From Minisyncoccota bacterium (GTDB taxonomy: Bacteria; Patescibacteriota; Minisyncoccia; Phycocordibacterales; UBA9973), in the NCBI GenBank assembly GCA_041666045.1, contig JBAYHR010000003.1, positions 2,208-66,207 of the forward strand: a stretch of 64,000 bases of DNA, written 5' to 3'. A program made the translations under genes and the position numbers. This document shows positions 19,150 to 28,441 of this stretch, piece by piece (the stretch's first letter is position 1; every line of letters begins with the position of its first letter). The notes under the pieces are model-generated. The model had not been told where the DNA came from and searched no databases. It was given only the letters and a program-made list of their open reading frames with translations.

Positions 19150-20331
19150 TTGTTGAAAATGAAATTTAATCTTAAAAAATTATTAAAAAGATATAAATCT
19201 GGCAACAAAGTTTTATTAGTTAAAAGTGGTGAAGAATATTTCTCTGTTTTAAAAAAAATAATAATAGAAGCTAAAAATGAAATTCATTTTCAAACGTATA
19301 TTTTAAGTGATGATTCTACCGGCAGGATGATAGTAGATGAATTAATCGATGCAAAGAAAAGAGGTGTAGAAGTTTATCTATTGATTGATTCTTATGGTTC
19401 TCGTAATTTATCTAAAAATTTTACAAAACAAATAATTGATTCCGGAATTCACTTTAGATATTTTGCCCCAGTTATAACCTCTAAAGGTTTTTGTTTAGGC
19501 AGAAGACTTCATCAGAAAATTGTTGTTATTGATTCTAAAATTGCTTTAATAGGTGGAATAAATATAGCAGATAGATATATGGGGACAGAGGATAAAAAAC
19601 CTTGGCTTGATTTTGCTTTGCTTATTAAAGGGAAGATATGCGAGGATGTTTCAAATATTTGCGATAGTTTTTGGGAGAGAAAATTCCTAAATAAAAAAAG
19701 AAAAAATAACATTAAGCAATTAACTGATAAAGTTTATCCATTATTAAGAATTAGACAAAATGATTGGATGAGAGAAAAGAATCAAATTTCTAGAAGTTAT
19801 AAAAATGCATTTAAGAATGCAGAAAAATATATAACTATTGTTGGCGCGTATTTTTTACCTAGCAGGAAGTTAAGATATTTAATTAAAAAAGCAGTAGATA
19901 GGGGAGTAAAAGTAAAAATTATTTTATCAAAAAAATCTGATGAGAGGGTTTTTCAATTAGCAATGGATTATTTATACAGATGGATGCATAGAAACAATAT
20001 TGAAATTTATGAATATCATCCTAGTGTGGTTCACGGTAAAGCTACAGTTGTAGATGATACTTGGCTTACAATAGGATCACACGATTTAAATTTTTTAAGT
20101 ACATATGGTCTTATTGAAATGAATATTGATGTTTTAGATGTTTCTTTGGCTGAAGAATTTAATTCTTATTTAGAAAATATAATACAAAAAGATTGTATAA
20201 AAATAACAACAGAACATTTAGAAAAAAAATGGATATTTGAAAAATTTTTAAGTTGGTTTACTTATGTTTTAGTTAGAATTTCAGAATTGTTTTTGATTTT
20301 TTTAAGTAGAAATGATAAAAATAATGAGTAA
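19150..20331 (+). CDS. cls: cardiolipin synthase / phospholipase D family protein
   Basis: Two HKD motifs: HQKIVVIDSKIALIGGINIADRY and VHGKATVVDDTWLTIGSHDLN. The likely ATG start is at 19159. Confidence 0.8.
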   Translation: MLKMKFNLKKLLKRYKSGNKVLLVKSGEEYFSVLKKIIIEAKNEIHFQTYILSDDSTGRMIVDELIDAKKRGVEVYLLIDSYGSRNLSKNFTKQIIDSGIHFRYFAPVITSKGFCLGRRLHQKIVVIDSKIALIGGINIADRYMGTEDKKPWLDFALLIKGKICEDVSNICDSFWERKFLNKKRKNNIKQLTDKVYPLLRIRQNDWMREKNQISRSYKNAFKNAEKYITIVGAYFLPSRKLRYLIKKAVDRGVKVKIILSKKSDERVFQLAMDYLYRWMHRNNIEIYEYHPSVVHGKATVVDDTWLTIGSHDLNFLSTYGLIEMNIDVLDVSLAEEFNSYLENIIQKDCIKITTEHLEKKWIFEKFLSWFTYVLVRISELFLIFLSRNDKNNE

Positions 20332-20381
20332 TTTTTGTTATATATGGGACAAAAATAAAAAAATAAGGTAATATTAAATTT

Positions 20382-21302
20382 ATGATATTTTCAGCGTTAT
20401 TAATAATATTAGGGTTAGTACTTTTTGAAACCATTTCATCAGTAGACAATGCGATAATTAATGCAGAAGTGCTCTCTACGATGAGTAAAAGAGCTAGAAG
20501 GTGGTTTCTTACTTGGGGGATGTTTATCGCTGTTTTTGTTGTTCGTGGTCTTTTGCCATTCGTAATAATTTGGGCTTTTAATACGTCTCTTAGTGCTGGA
20601 CAAGTTTTTTCTGCTGCATGGTCTAGCGATCCATTGGTTCAAGAATCAATTCATAAATCTGCTCCTATTTTGCTTGTGGCTGGCGGAGTATTTTTGTTGT
20701 TTTTATTTTTACATTGGCTTTTTCTTGAAGATAAAATGATTGGTTTACCAAAAGCTGAAAAATTCTTTATGGCGAAAGGAGTTTGGTTTTATGCAGTTGT
20801 TTCTATATTGCTTGCTATTATTGCGTGGTTTGCTTTAAAACAAAGTAATTTAATGGGATTTGGGGCAGTGGTGGGTTCTTCTTTATTTTTTATCACTCAT
20901 GGATTCAAACAGAACGCAGAAGAACAAGAAAAGAAATTGCTTGGTAGCGCTCAATCTGATTTAAGCAAGCTTTTCTTTTTGGAAATTATTGATACTACAT
21001 TTTCTATAGACGGAGTTCTTGGAGCTTTCGCTTTCACTCTTTCAGTGCCCTTGATACTTATCGGTAATGGAATTGGCGCATTTGTTGTGAGAGAGCTTAC
21101 ACTACGAAATATTGAGAGAATTAAAAAATATGTTTATTTGAAAAATGGAGCGATGTATTCTATATTAGTTCTTGGTATTATTATGATATTGCACAGTTTT
21201 GGTTTTAAGATTCCAGAATACGTTTCACCAGTTTCAACATTCATAATAATTGGTTACTTTTTCTGGAAATCAAAAATACATATAAGATTAAATAAAATTT
21301 GA
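20382..21302 (+). CDS. TerC/DUF475-family integral membrane protein
   Basis: N-terminal SVDNAIINA motif and about seven TM helices. Confidence 0.5.
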   Translation: MIFSALLIILGLVLFETISSVDNAIINAEVLSTMSKRARRWFLTWGMFIAVFVVRGLLPFVIIWAFNTSLSAGQVFSAAWSSDPLVQESIHKSAPILLVAGGVFLLFLFLHWLFLEDKMIGLPKAEKFFMAKGVWFYAVVSILLAIIAWFALKQSNLMGFGAVVGSSLFFITHGFKQNAEEQEKKLLGSAQSDLSKLFFLEIIDTTFSIDGVLGAFAFTLSVPLILIGNGIGAFVVRELTLRNIERIKKYVYLKNGAMYSILVLGIIMILHSFGFKIPEYVSPVSTFIIIGYFFWKSKIHIRLNKI

Positions 21303-21367
21303 TTTTTATAAGTTTTTAGTGTAATATTTTACTGAGATATTGTAATTTATTAATTAATTAAAAAAAT

Positions 21368-21784
21368 ATGGAGAATATGGAATCACAAAAGAATTTTTTA
21401 GAAATTGCGAGAGCTAATTTTCAAAAATGGAATGAAGCTTTGAAAACAAAAGACGCAAGTAAGGTTGCCGAGTTGTATTCAAAAGACTCCTCTTTTTTGC
21501 CAACTCTAAACGGGGAATTTAAGGCAGGACAAGAAGAAGCTGAAGGATACTTTGAGCATTTTCTACTTAAGAATCCTTCTGGAAAAGTTGTTGAAGAAAA
21601 AGTACAACCACTTGGTGATTCTTACGTTCATTCTGGTTTGTATGATTTTGAAGTTGGGCCAGCTGATAAACGTGAAATCGTTGAAGCTCGTTTTACTTAT
21701 GTTTGGCAGGATATAAACAAAAATGGGCAGTGGAAAATTATCCACCATCATTCATCAGTAAAACCAGTAATTCATCAAAATTAA
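21368..21784 (+). CDS. NTF2-like / SnoaL-like domain protein
   Basis: About 138 aa with an NTF2-like pattern (DASKVAELYSKDSSFLP...G...VHSGLYDFE...WKIIHHHSS). Confidence 0.45.
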   Translation: MENMESQKNFLEIARANFQKWNEALKTKDASKVAELYSKDSSFLPTLNGEFKAGQEEAEGYFEHFLLKNPSGKVVEEKVQPLGDSYVHSGLYDFEVGPADKREIVEARFTYVWQDINKNGQWKIIHHHSSVKPVIHQN

Positions 21785-21796
21785 ATAATTTTTTTT

Positions 21797-21832
21797 AAAA
21801 ACCTTCTTAAATTAAAGAAGGTTTTTTATTTT
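21797..21832 (+). terminator. rho-independent terminator
   Basis: AAAAACCTTCTTAAATTAAAGAAGGTTTTTTATTTT. Confidence 0.75.
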
Positions 21833-21833
21833 A

Positions 21834-23375
21834 ATGTATAATATAAATATGAAATTAACCAAAACCGATTATTTAATATATCGAGATTGCGCCAAAAATG
21901 CATGGCTGAAAGTGCATAAGCCAGATGTATATTTTTCAAAGCCATTATCAGCTTTTGATCAGACGATAATAGATACAGGTAATGAAGTTGATATTTTAGC
22001 TCGGGATTTGTTTCCTGGAGGTGTTTTGGTTGACGATCGTGATGATAGAGTTAAGACAATGAAATTAGTTAAAGATAAAACACCTGTCATATATCAGCCA
22101 GTTTTTGAAACAGATTTATATAAAATGGTTTGTGATATTTTAGTCTGGAATAATGATTCTAAAGTTTATGATTTATATGAAGTAAAAGCATCAAATAGTG
22201 GAGACCCCAAAGGAAAGGGTACTTCCTACGGGGCAGGAAATAAAAAAGCAAAAGATGAACTTTATGCATATGACATAGCATTTCAATATTTAGTTATGGA
22301 AGAATTAGGGATTCCTTTAGGTAAATTATTTCTCGTGAGATTCAATAATCAATATGTGAGGGGAGTAGAATTAGATTTGAATCAGCTTTTTATAAAAGAA
22401 GATTTTACGGAAAATATTAAAGGAGTTATCGATACAGTTGCTGGAGAAATGAAAATCACACAAGAATTTCTTTCTCAAGAAGAAGAACCATTTGGTGATT
22501 GTAAATGTATTGCCCGTGGAAGAAGTTCTCACTGCACTACTTTTGCTCATTCAAATCCTCATGTGCCAGAATATAGTGTGCATGATATTTCTAGAATTGG
22601 TATGTCTAAAAAGAAATTGGCAGATTTAGTAGATAGTAATATTTTTCATATTCATGAAGTACCAGATGATTTTCCTTTGAGTGAGAAACAGAGAAATCAA
22701 GTTGATGCTACGAAGTTTGATAAAATATTTGTAAATAAAAAAGAAATAAGTGATTTTCTTGAAAAAATTTCTTTTCCAATTTCATTTTTAGATTATGAAA
22801 CTTTTGCGGCTGGTGTTCCTAGGTTTGTTGGATTTAGCCCTTTTAATCAAATAACATTTCAATTTTCATTACATATTTCTGAAGATAAAAATACAGAACC
22901 AAAACATAAAGAATTTATTTTTACAGAAAACAAAAATCCAGACGAAGAATTCATTTTAGCTTTGAAAGAAAAATTACCCAATAAGGGTTCTATTATTGTT
23001 TGGAATAAAAGTTTTGAAATTGGAAGAAATAAAGATTTAGCAAATAGAAATCCAGAACATAAAGCATTTTTAGAAGAACTTAATTCTAGGGTTATTGACC
23101 TTATGGATGTTTTTTCAGATCAACATTATATTCATCCAAAATTTAAAGGGAAAACCTCTATAAAATATATTTTGCCTGTGCTTGCGCCAGAATTATCTTA
23201 TAAAGCGCTTGATATACAAGAGGGGGCAACTGCTTCAGATACATGGAATAAGATTGTACGCGGTGATTATTCTAAAGAAGAAGCACTTAAACAAATAGAA
23301 TATTTAAAAACATATTGCAAACTTGATACTTATGCAATGTATGCAATTTGGAAACATTTAATTGAAATAGATTAA
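21834..23375 (+). CDS. DUF2779-like protein (PD-(D/E)xK nuclease superfamily, Cys cluster)
   Basis: N-terminus LTKTDYLIYRDCAKNAWL resembles DUF2779 / RecB-like nucleases. Cys cluster CKC...HC. Family assignment is made from memory. Confidence 0.45.
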   Translation: MYNINMKLTKTDYLIYRDCAKNAWLKVHKPDVYFSKPLSAFDQTIIDTGNEVDILARDLFPGGVLVDDRDDRVKTMKLVKDKTPVIYQPVFETDLYKMVCDILVWNNDSKVYDLYEVKASNSGDPKGKGTSYGAGNKKAKDELYAYDIAFQYLVMEELGIPLGKLFLVRFNNQYVRGVELDLNQLFIKEDFTENIKGVIDTVAGEMKITQEFLSQEEEPFGDCKCIARGRSSHCTTFAHSNPHVPEYSVHDISRIGMSKKKLADLVDSNIFHIHEVPDDFPLSEKQRNQVDATKFDKIFVNKKEISDFLEKISFPISFLDYETFAAGVPRFVGFSPFNQITFQFSLHISEDKNTEPKHKEFIFTENKNPDEEFILALKEKLPNKGSIIVWNKSFEIGRNKDLANRNPEHKAFLEELNSRVIDLMDVFSDQHYIHPKFKGKTSIKYILPVLAPELSYKALDIQEGATASDTWNKIVRGDYSKEEALKQIEYLKTYCKLDTYAMYAIWKHLIEID

Positions 23376-23472
23376 AATCTAGGGCCGTTGTCTAGCCAAC
23401 CTAGGTAAAATGCTAATATTAAAAATATTGCGATTAATATAATTAAAAATATGTAAGGTTTTTTCATATTAT

Positions 23473-24621
23473 TTATCGAATTTGTGCACCAAAAGTTTTT
23501 TGAGTTGCTTCTTCTATTTTTTTATGAAGTTCGTCGATTTCAGAGGAAACTAAAGTTTTATCTAAAGATCGATAAGTAATTCTGAAAGCATAACTTATTT
23601 TTTCTACTCCAAATTTTTCAGTGTTTTCATATTTATCTAAAAGTTTTACTTCCTCCACTAAATCAGGAGCATTTTCTCTAACTAAATCAAAATAATCATT
23701 TGGAACAAAAGTATTTGGAACAATAAAAGAGATATCACGCACGATAGGTGGATATTTACTAACTTCTTCGAATTTATTTCCAAGTTTTAATTGTTTGATT
23801 ACACGTTCATCTTCAGACCAGAGTAAACGAATATCTGGTAAATCCATACTGATGATAGCTAGACGTTCAAGTCCAAAACCGAAAGCCCAATTGCTCCATT
23901 CATTTGGATCAAGTCCAAGATTTTTTATAATTGTATCTGTCATAATTCCACAACCGAGAACTTCAATCCATCTTCCAGCAATTTCAACTTCCATTTCAAG
24001 TGATGGGTCAGTATATGGGAAAGTGTCTTTATTGAATCTATATTTTATTTCAGGCCCAAAGACAGCTTTGGCAATATCAGCTAAAACATTTTGTAAATCT
24101 TCTATGCCTATAACTCTTTTGCTTTTTGGAATTAAGAAACCGCCATCCATTTGATGGAAAACATTCATATGATTGCGATCAATTTCATCTTTTCTATATA
24201 CTTTACCAAAAGAGAAAAAGCCGACTGCTTCACCACGCGATATTTTTTCTTTTACTTCTGGCTGTGATAAATAGTAATACCACATTATAGTTGTGTGTGG
24301 GCGTAAAATATTTGTATCATCAATAAAATAAGTATCAGAGTGTGAACGAGCAGGATGATTAGGAGCGAAATTATAAAGATCGAAAGTTACACTTGTAGGT
24401 ACTATTTCTGGACTTTTAATAATATCAAAATTTTTGAAATCAGGTTGAGCTAAAATTCTTTCTACTATTTCATTAATAGGGGAAGATGGAGTACGGGACA
24501 AGTCTGGCATAGACATATATCGTTTCATTTGGAGAGATTCAGTATCGTTCCTGGCTTCTAATTTTTGAAGTAATTCTTTTTCTTCTGGCAATTTAATATC
24601 GTATTCTTTGTTAGTAATCAT
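23473..24621 (-). CDS. pheS: phenylalanine--tRNA ligase, PheS-type catalytic core fused to a C-terminal FDX-ACB anticodon-binding domain (monomeric/mitochondrial-type architecture)
   Basis: Class II motifs (FPYTDPSLEMEV, FGFGLERLAI). The C-terminal ~95 aa carry YPPIVRDISFIVP ... ISYAFRITYRS, typical of the PheT B8 / FARS2 C-terminal domain. Confidence 0.85.
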   Translation of the reverse strand: MITNKEYDIKLPEEKELLQKLEARNDTESLQMKRYMSMPDLSRTPSSPINEIVERILAQPDFKNFDIIKSPEIVPTSVTFDLYNFAPNHPARSHSDTYFIDDTNILRPHTTIMWYYYLSQPEVKEKISRGEAVGFFSFGKVYRKDEIDRNHMNVFHQMDGGFLIPKSKRVIGIEDLQNVLADIAKAVFGPEIKYRFNKDTFPYTDPSLEMEVEIAGRWIEVLGCGIMTDTIIKNLGLDPNEWSNWAFGFGLERLAIISMDLPDIRLLWSEDERVIKQLKLGNKFEEVSKYPPIVRDISFIVPNTFVPNDYFDLVRENAPDLVEEVKLLDKYENTEKFGVEKISYAFRITYRSLDKTLVSSEIDELHKKIEEATQKTFGAQIR

Positions 24622-24706
24622 TCTCTAAATATAATGAAAAATAGCTTAAAAGTAAAGGGGAAAAGACTAGTATTTAATACGAATTTTTGTTATTATATAA
24701 AAATAA

Positions 24707-26779
24707 ATGGCTAAAGAAAAAGAAGACAAAAAGGTACATCATTATAACGCAGAAGACATTTCAGTTCTTGAAGGTCTTGAACCAGTACGACGTCGTCCTG
24801 GTATGTATATAGGAACCACTGGTCCTGAAGGATTACATCATTTGATATGGGAAATTTTTGATAACTCTCGCGATGAAGCGATGGGAGGTTTTTGTAATGA
24901 TATTGAAGTTGTTGTGCTTCCTGGAAATCGTATTCGTGTAGCAGACAACGGCCGTGGTATTCCGGTTGATATTCATAAAAAAACAAAAGTGTCAGCTCTT
25001 GAAACTGTTATGACGACTTTGCATGCTGGAGGAAAATTCGGAGGTGAAGGATATAAAGTTTCTGGAGGTTTGCACGGAGTGGGTGCATCTGTTGTGAATG
25101 CTCTTTCTATTTATACAAAAGCAGAAGTGCATCGTGATGGAGGGAAGTATATGCAAGAATATGTGCAAGGAAAGAAAAAAGCTGCAGTTAAAAAAATAGG
25201 TTCATCAAAACTTAATGGATCTATTATTACGTTTCAGCCTGACGTAGAAATTTTTAAAGATATTAAATTTGATTGGAATACTATTGTTAGTCATATTCGT
25301 CAGCAAGCATATTTAGTGAAAGGTTTGAAAATTTTAATAATTGATGCGCGAGAATGGGACAATACAAAAGGACTTGATGATTCTGATGTTTTTTATTTTC
25401 GAGATCTTGGATTGGAACTTCCATCCACTTCTTTTTATTTCGAAGGTGGTTTAACTTCTCTTATTAAGTATTACAACAAATTTCAAAAACCAATTCAAAG
25501 TAATATTTTTTATGTTGAAAAAGAACTCGATAGTGTTGGAGTTGAAATCGCTCTTCAATATGTTGACGATATAGTAGATCGTATCATTCCTTTCGCTAAC
25601 AATATTTACACAGCAGAAGGAGGTACACATGTGACTGGTTTTAAAACTGCGCTTACAAGAACTTTAAATACATATTGCAAGAAGAATGAAATGATGAAAG
25701 AGTCTGAAGGTGGCTTCACCGGAGACGACGTTCTTGAAGGATTAACCGTTGTTATTTCTGTAAAACTTCGTGAAATTCAATTCGAAGGTCAGACTAAAGC
25801 AAAACTCGGAAGTATGGAAGCTCAAGGAGCGGTAGGAACTGTGTTTAGTGAAGCATTTGCTGCATTCTTAGAGGAAAACCCAGATGAGGCAAAAGTTATC
25901 ATTAATAAGTCAATTTTGGCCTTAAAGGCTCGTAAAGCTGCTAAAGCTGCGAAAGATTCAGTATTAAGAAAGGGTGCATTAGAAGGAATGACTCTTCCTG
26001 GAAAGTTGGCAGATTGTCAAAGTAAGAGTGCAGAAGAATCAGAATTGTTCTTGGTGGAGGGAGATTCCGCAGGAGGTTCAGCTAAACAAGGACGTGATAG
26101 ACGTATTCAAGCTATCCTTCCTCTTCGTGGAAAAATTTTGAATGTTGAACGTGCTCGTATTGATAAAATGCTTGCTTCAAAAGAAATAAGATCACTCGTG
26201 ATAGCTATGGGTACTTCAATAGGAGATACTTTTGATCTTGAAAAGATGCGTTATCATAAAATAATTATTGCGACAGATGCCGATGTTGACGGAGCGCACA
26301 TTCGTACACTTCTTCTTACTTTGTTTTATAGATATTTTAGACAAATTGTTGAAGCGGGATATATTTATATTGCTCAACCTCCACTTTATAAAATAAAGAA
26401 AGGTAAAGAAGTAAACTATGCTTATTCAGATGAAGAGAAAATAAAAATTATTGGAAAAGGTGTAGATGTGAGTGAGATAGAAAATTTGGAAGATCAAGTT
26501 GGTGGGGAAGAAGCCGAAGGTCCTGAGCTTGTCGAAGGAAAGGAGAGTAAAACTAAATCAACCAAAGTACATATTCAAAGATATAAAGGTCTCGGAGAAA
26601 TGAATCCAGAAGAACTTTGGGAGACAACAATGGATCCAGAACATCGTATCATTAAAAAAGTTGATATATCAGATGCAGAAGAAGCAAATAAAGTTTTTGA
26701 TATTCTCATGGGCTCCGAAGTTCCTCCACGTAAATCTTTTATTCAATCAAATGCAAAATTAGCAGATATTGATATTTAA
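24707..26779 (+). CDS. gyrB: DNA gyrase subunit B (type IIA topoisomerase B subunit)
   Basis: GHKL ATPase motifs (ILVEGLHH-like, GLHGVGASVVNALS), TOPRIM (LVEGDSAGGSAKQGRDR, PLRGKILNVE) and the C-terminal tail. GyrB versus ParE cannot be resolved here. Confidence 0.85.
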   Translation: MAKEKEDKKVHHYNAEDISVLEGLEPVRRRPGMYIGTTGPEGLHHLIWEIFDNSRDEAMGGFCNDIEVVVLPGNRIRVADNGRGIPVDIHKKTKVSALETVMTTLHAGGKFGGEGYKVSGGLHGVGASVVNALSIYTKAEVHRDGGKYMQEYVQGKKKAAVKKIGSSKLNGSIITFQPDVEIFKDIKFDWNTIVSHIRQQAYLVKGLKILIIDAREWDNTKGLDDSDVFYFRDLGLELPSTSFYFEGGLTSLIKYYNKFQKPIQSNIFYVEKELDSVGVEIALQYVDDIVDRIIPFANNIYTAEGGTHVTGFKTALTRTLNTYCKKNEMMKESEGGFTGDDVLEGLTVVISVKLREIQFEGQTKAKLGSMEAQGAVGTVFSEAFAAFLEENPDEAKVIINKSILALKARKAAKAAKDSVLRKGALEGMTLPGKLADCQSKSAEESELFLVEGDSAGGSAKQGRDRRIQAILPLRGKILNVERARIDKMLASKEIRSLVIAMGTSIGDTFDLEKMRYHKIIIATDADVDGAHIRTLLLTLFYRYFRQIVEAGYIYIAQPPLYKIKKGKEVNYAYSDEEKIKIIGKGVDVSEIENLEDQVGGEEAEGPELVEGKESKTKSTKVHIQRYKGLGEMNPEELWETTMDPEHRIIKKVDISDAEEANKVFDILMGSEVPPRKSFIQSNAKLADIDI

Positions 26780-26783
26780 ATTA

Positions 26784-26816
26784 AAAAATCCGCATTGTAT
26801 TTGCGGATTTTTTTTA
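26784..26816 (+). terminator. rho-independent terminator after gyrB
   Basis: AAAAATCCGCATTGTATTTGCGGATTTTTTTT. Confidence 0.8.
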
Positions 26817-26957
26817 GGTTACCAGTTTTCAATGTCATCTGTAAATTCATTGTATTCCTTTTCATGTAAAGGTATCATTACTGGTCTTGTACTAAAGTTT
26901 GTAACTATTTTTTTGCAATATTCACAAAAAAAGATTCTATTGTACCAAGGAAATCTA

Positions 26958-26994
26958 TTATTTTTTATTTTCTACTAGGTCTTTAATTTTTGCG
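26958..26994 (+). repeat. 37-bp direct repeat, copy 1 (orphan duplicate of the thrS 3' end)
   Basis: TTATTTTTTATTTTCTACTAGGTCTTTAATTTTTGCG, reverse-complement coding AKIKDLVENKK*. Confidence 0.85.
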
Positions 26995-27006
26995 TTTGAT
27001 TTATGA

Positions 27007-27027
27007 GTTAACCTATGTTAACCTATA
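27007..27027 (+). promoter_or_regulatory. tandem GTTAACCTAT repeats (putative operator) immediately upstream of the HTH gene
   Basis: Two exact 10-mers separated by 1 nt, each containing the palindrome GTTAAC. They end 3 nt before the ATG at 27031. Confidence 0.45.
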
Positions 27028-27030
27028 TAT

Positions 27031-27315
27031 ATGCCTAAAAATAAAGATATTTTAGAAAAAAGAGATAAAAATTATTATTCTGCACCAGAGATAGCCAAAC
27101 TCCTTGGTGTTTCTAGGGTGGCAATTTTTAAGAAAATTAAATCTGGTCAAATACATGCAGAAAAAATTGGTAGAAACTACATTATTCCAAAAGAAGAATA
27201 TGCTGCTATTTTAGGTCTTGTTATACCAGAACGTAGAAAAAGGGATATAGAAAATGCGGTTGAAAGAGTTGTAAAAAAATATGGTCCTGCGCTTCGCAAG
27301 CTTGGGGAAGAATAA
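27031..27315 (+). CDS. excisionase-family HTH (HTH_17) DNA-binding protein; putative antitoxin/Xis of the islet
   Basis: SAPEIAKLLGVSRVAIFKKIKSGQIHAEKIGRNYIIPKEEY matches the excisionase-type HTH. Followed 3 nt later by a Doc toxin gene. Confidence 0.7.
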   Translation: MPKNKDILEKRDKNYYSAPEIAKLLGVSRVAIFKKIKSGQIHAEKIGRNYIIPKEEYAAILGLVIPERRKRDIENAVERVVKKYGPALRKLGEE

Positions 27316-27318
27316 TAT

Positions 27319-27762
27319 ATGGCACGTCAAGTAATAAAACGTATTAATTTGGCAGATGTGGAATATGTTGCTTTTAAGCTTGCTCAAAAATTTATGGAAT
27401 GGAATGAACCTATTCCAGATTTTAAAACACGTTTTCCTTATAAATTAGAAAGTTGTATTGAAACACCATTCCAGACTTTTGAAAGAAAAAGTTTATATAA
27501 AGGTTTAGTAGAAAAATCATCAATACTTTTTTATTTGATGGTAAAAAATCATCCATTTCAAAATGGGAATAAAAGGATTGCAATTACAACATTGATTTTC
27601 TTTTTAATACAAAATAGTAAGTGGCTTTCTGTATCGGATCAAAGTATTTATGAATTCGCGCGTGAAGTTGCAGAAAGTAAACCTGAAAATAGAGATGAAC
27701 AAATGCTTTCTATTCGTTCTTTTATTGAAAATAATATTGAAGATTATGATCCAAGTAAATAA
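27319..27762 (+). CDS. doc: Doc-family toxin (Fic/Doc fold)
   Basis: HPFQNGNKR matches the Doc-specific variant of the Fic motif, HxFx(D/N)GNKR. Confidence 0.75.
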   Translation: MARQVIKRINLADVEYVAFKLAQKFMEWNEPIPDFKTRFPYKLESCIETPFQTFERKSLYKGLVEKSSILFYLMVKNHPFQNGNKRIAITTLIFFLIQNSKWLSVSDQSIYEFAREVAESKPENRDEQMLSIRSFIENNIEDYDPSK

Positions 27763-27764
27763 TC

Positions 27765-28385
27765 TTAAAAAAGTTTAGTTTGTTCAACAGGAGAATTTTC
27801 TTTTTCTTTGTTTTCTATTTCTTTTAAAAATTTTGGGATTTTTGCGAAATCTTTTTGAAGAGTTTCGCGCATTCCGCCGTTATATAGCGCAGCGGCTGGA
27901 TGATAAAGTGGAAGAAAATATTTTGTTTCTATTTTGTTGAATTTTTTAATTAAAAGTTTTCCATGGATTGCGGAAATTTTTTCAAGAGGAAAAAAGTCAT
28001 TCATTGAGTGACGTCCGAGGAAAACTATTAACTTTGGCTTTATAAAATTAAGTTCTTCTAAAAGCCAATCTCGGCAGGCGTCTTTTTCTTCTGGAAGTGG
28101 ATCGCGATTGTTGGGCGGACGATATTTTACAATATTAGTTATATAAATTTCTTCACGTTTTAACTTTATGCTTTCTAACATTTCAGCTAGGAATTTTCCT
28201 GCAGCGCCAACGAAAGGCACTCCTTGTTCATCTTCACTTTTTCCTGGTGCTTCGCCAATAAAGACGATTTCTGATTCAGGATTTCCGTTTCCTGGGACAG
28301 GTTGAGTCGCTGTCTTTTTTAATTCACACTTGCATTCTAAAAACCACTTTTTGTGAATTTTCTTTAATTCTTCATTTTTATCCAT
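27765..28385 (-). CDS. uracil-DNA glycosylase, family 4
   Basis: Motif A GEAPG and motif B HPAAAL, with N-terminal Cys residues. Typical size of 206 aa. Confidence 0.8.
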   Translation of the reverse strand: MDKNEELKKIHKKWFLECKCELKKTATQPVPGNGNPESEIVFIGEAPGKSEDEQGVPFVGAAGKFLAEMLESIKLKREEIYITNIVKYRPPNNRDPLPEEKDACRDWLLEELNFIKPKLIVFLGRHSMNDFFPLEKISAIHGKLLIKKFNKIETKYFLPLYHPAAALYNGGMRETLQKDFAKIPKFLKEIENKEKENSPVEQTKLF

Positions 28386-28441
28386 AATTAGAATTATTTT
28401 TCTCCTTTTAGAATTATTTTCTTTTCAAATCCGCCTTTTTC

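Noticed and set aside
22195-22240. G-rich segment GACCCCAAAGGAAAGGGTACTTCCTACGGGG inside the DUF2779-like gene (SGDPKGKGTSYGAG), resembling the CCCCGTAG arm
   Set aside because: Only one arm resembles the family and no convincing inverted partner was found. It may be a degenerate copy, but the support is too weak.
26769-26978. 69-aa plus-strand ORF downstream of gyrB
   Set aside because: It spans the gyrB terminator and the orphan thrS-end duplicate and has no coding features. The region is better explained as the att-like repeat plus a degenerate thrS fragment on the minus strand.
28386-28441. Tandem duplication of TTAGAATTATTTT(T)CT upstream of the UDG start on the minus strand
   Set aside because: It appears to be a simple duplication of the AGGAG-containing RBS region. 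No function is evident, and it is too short to interpret.
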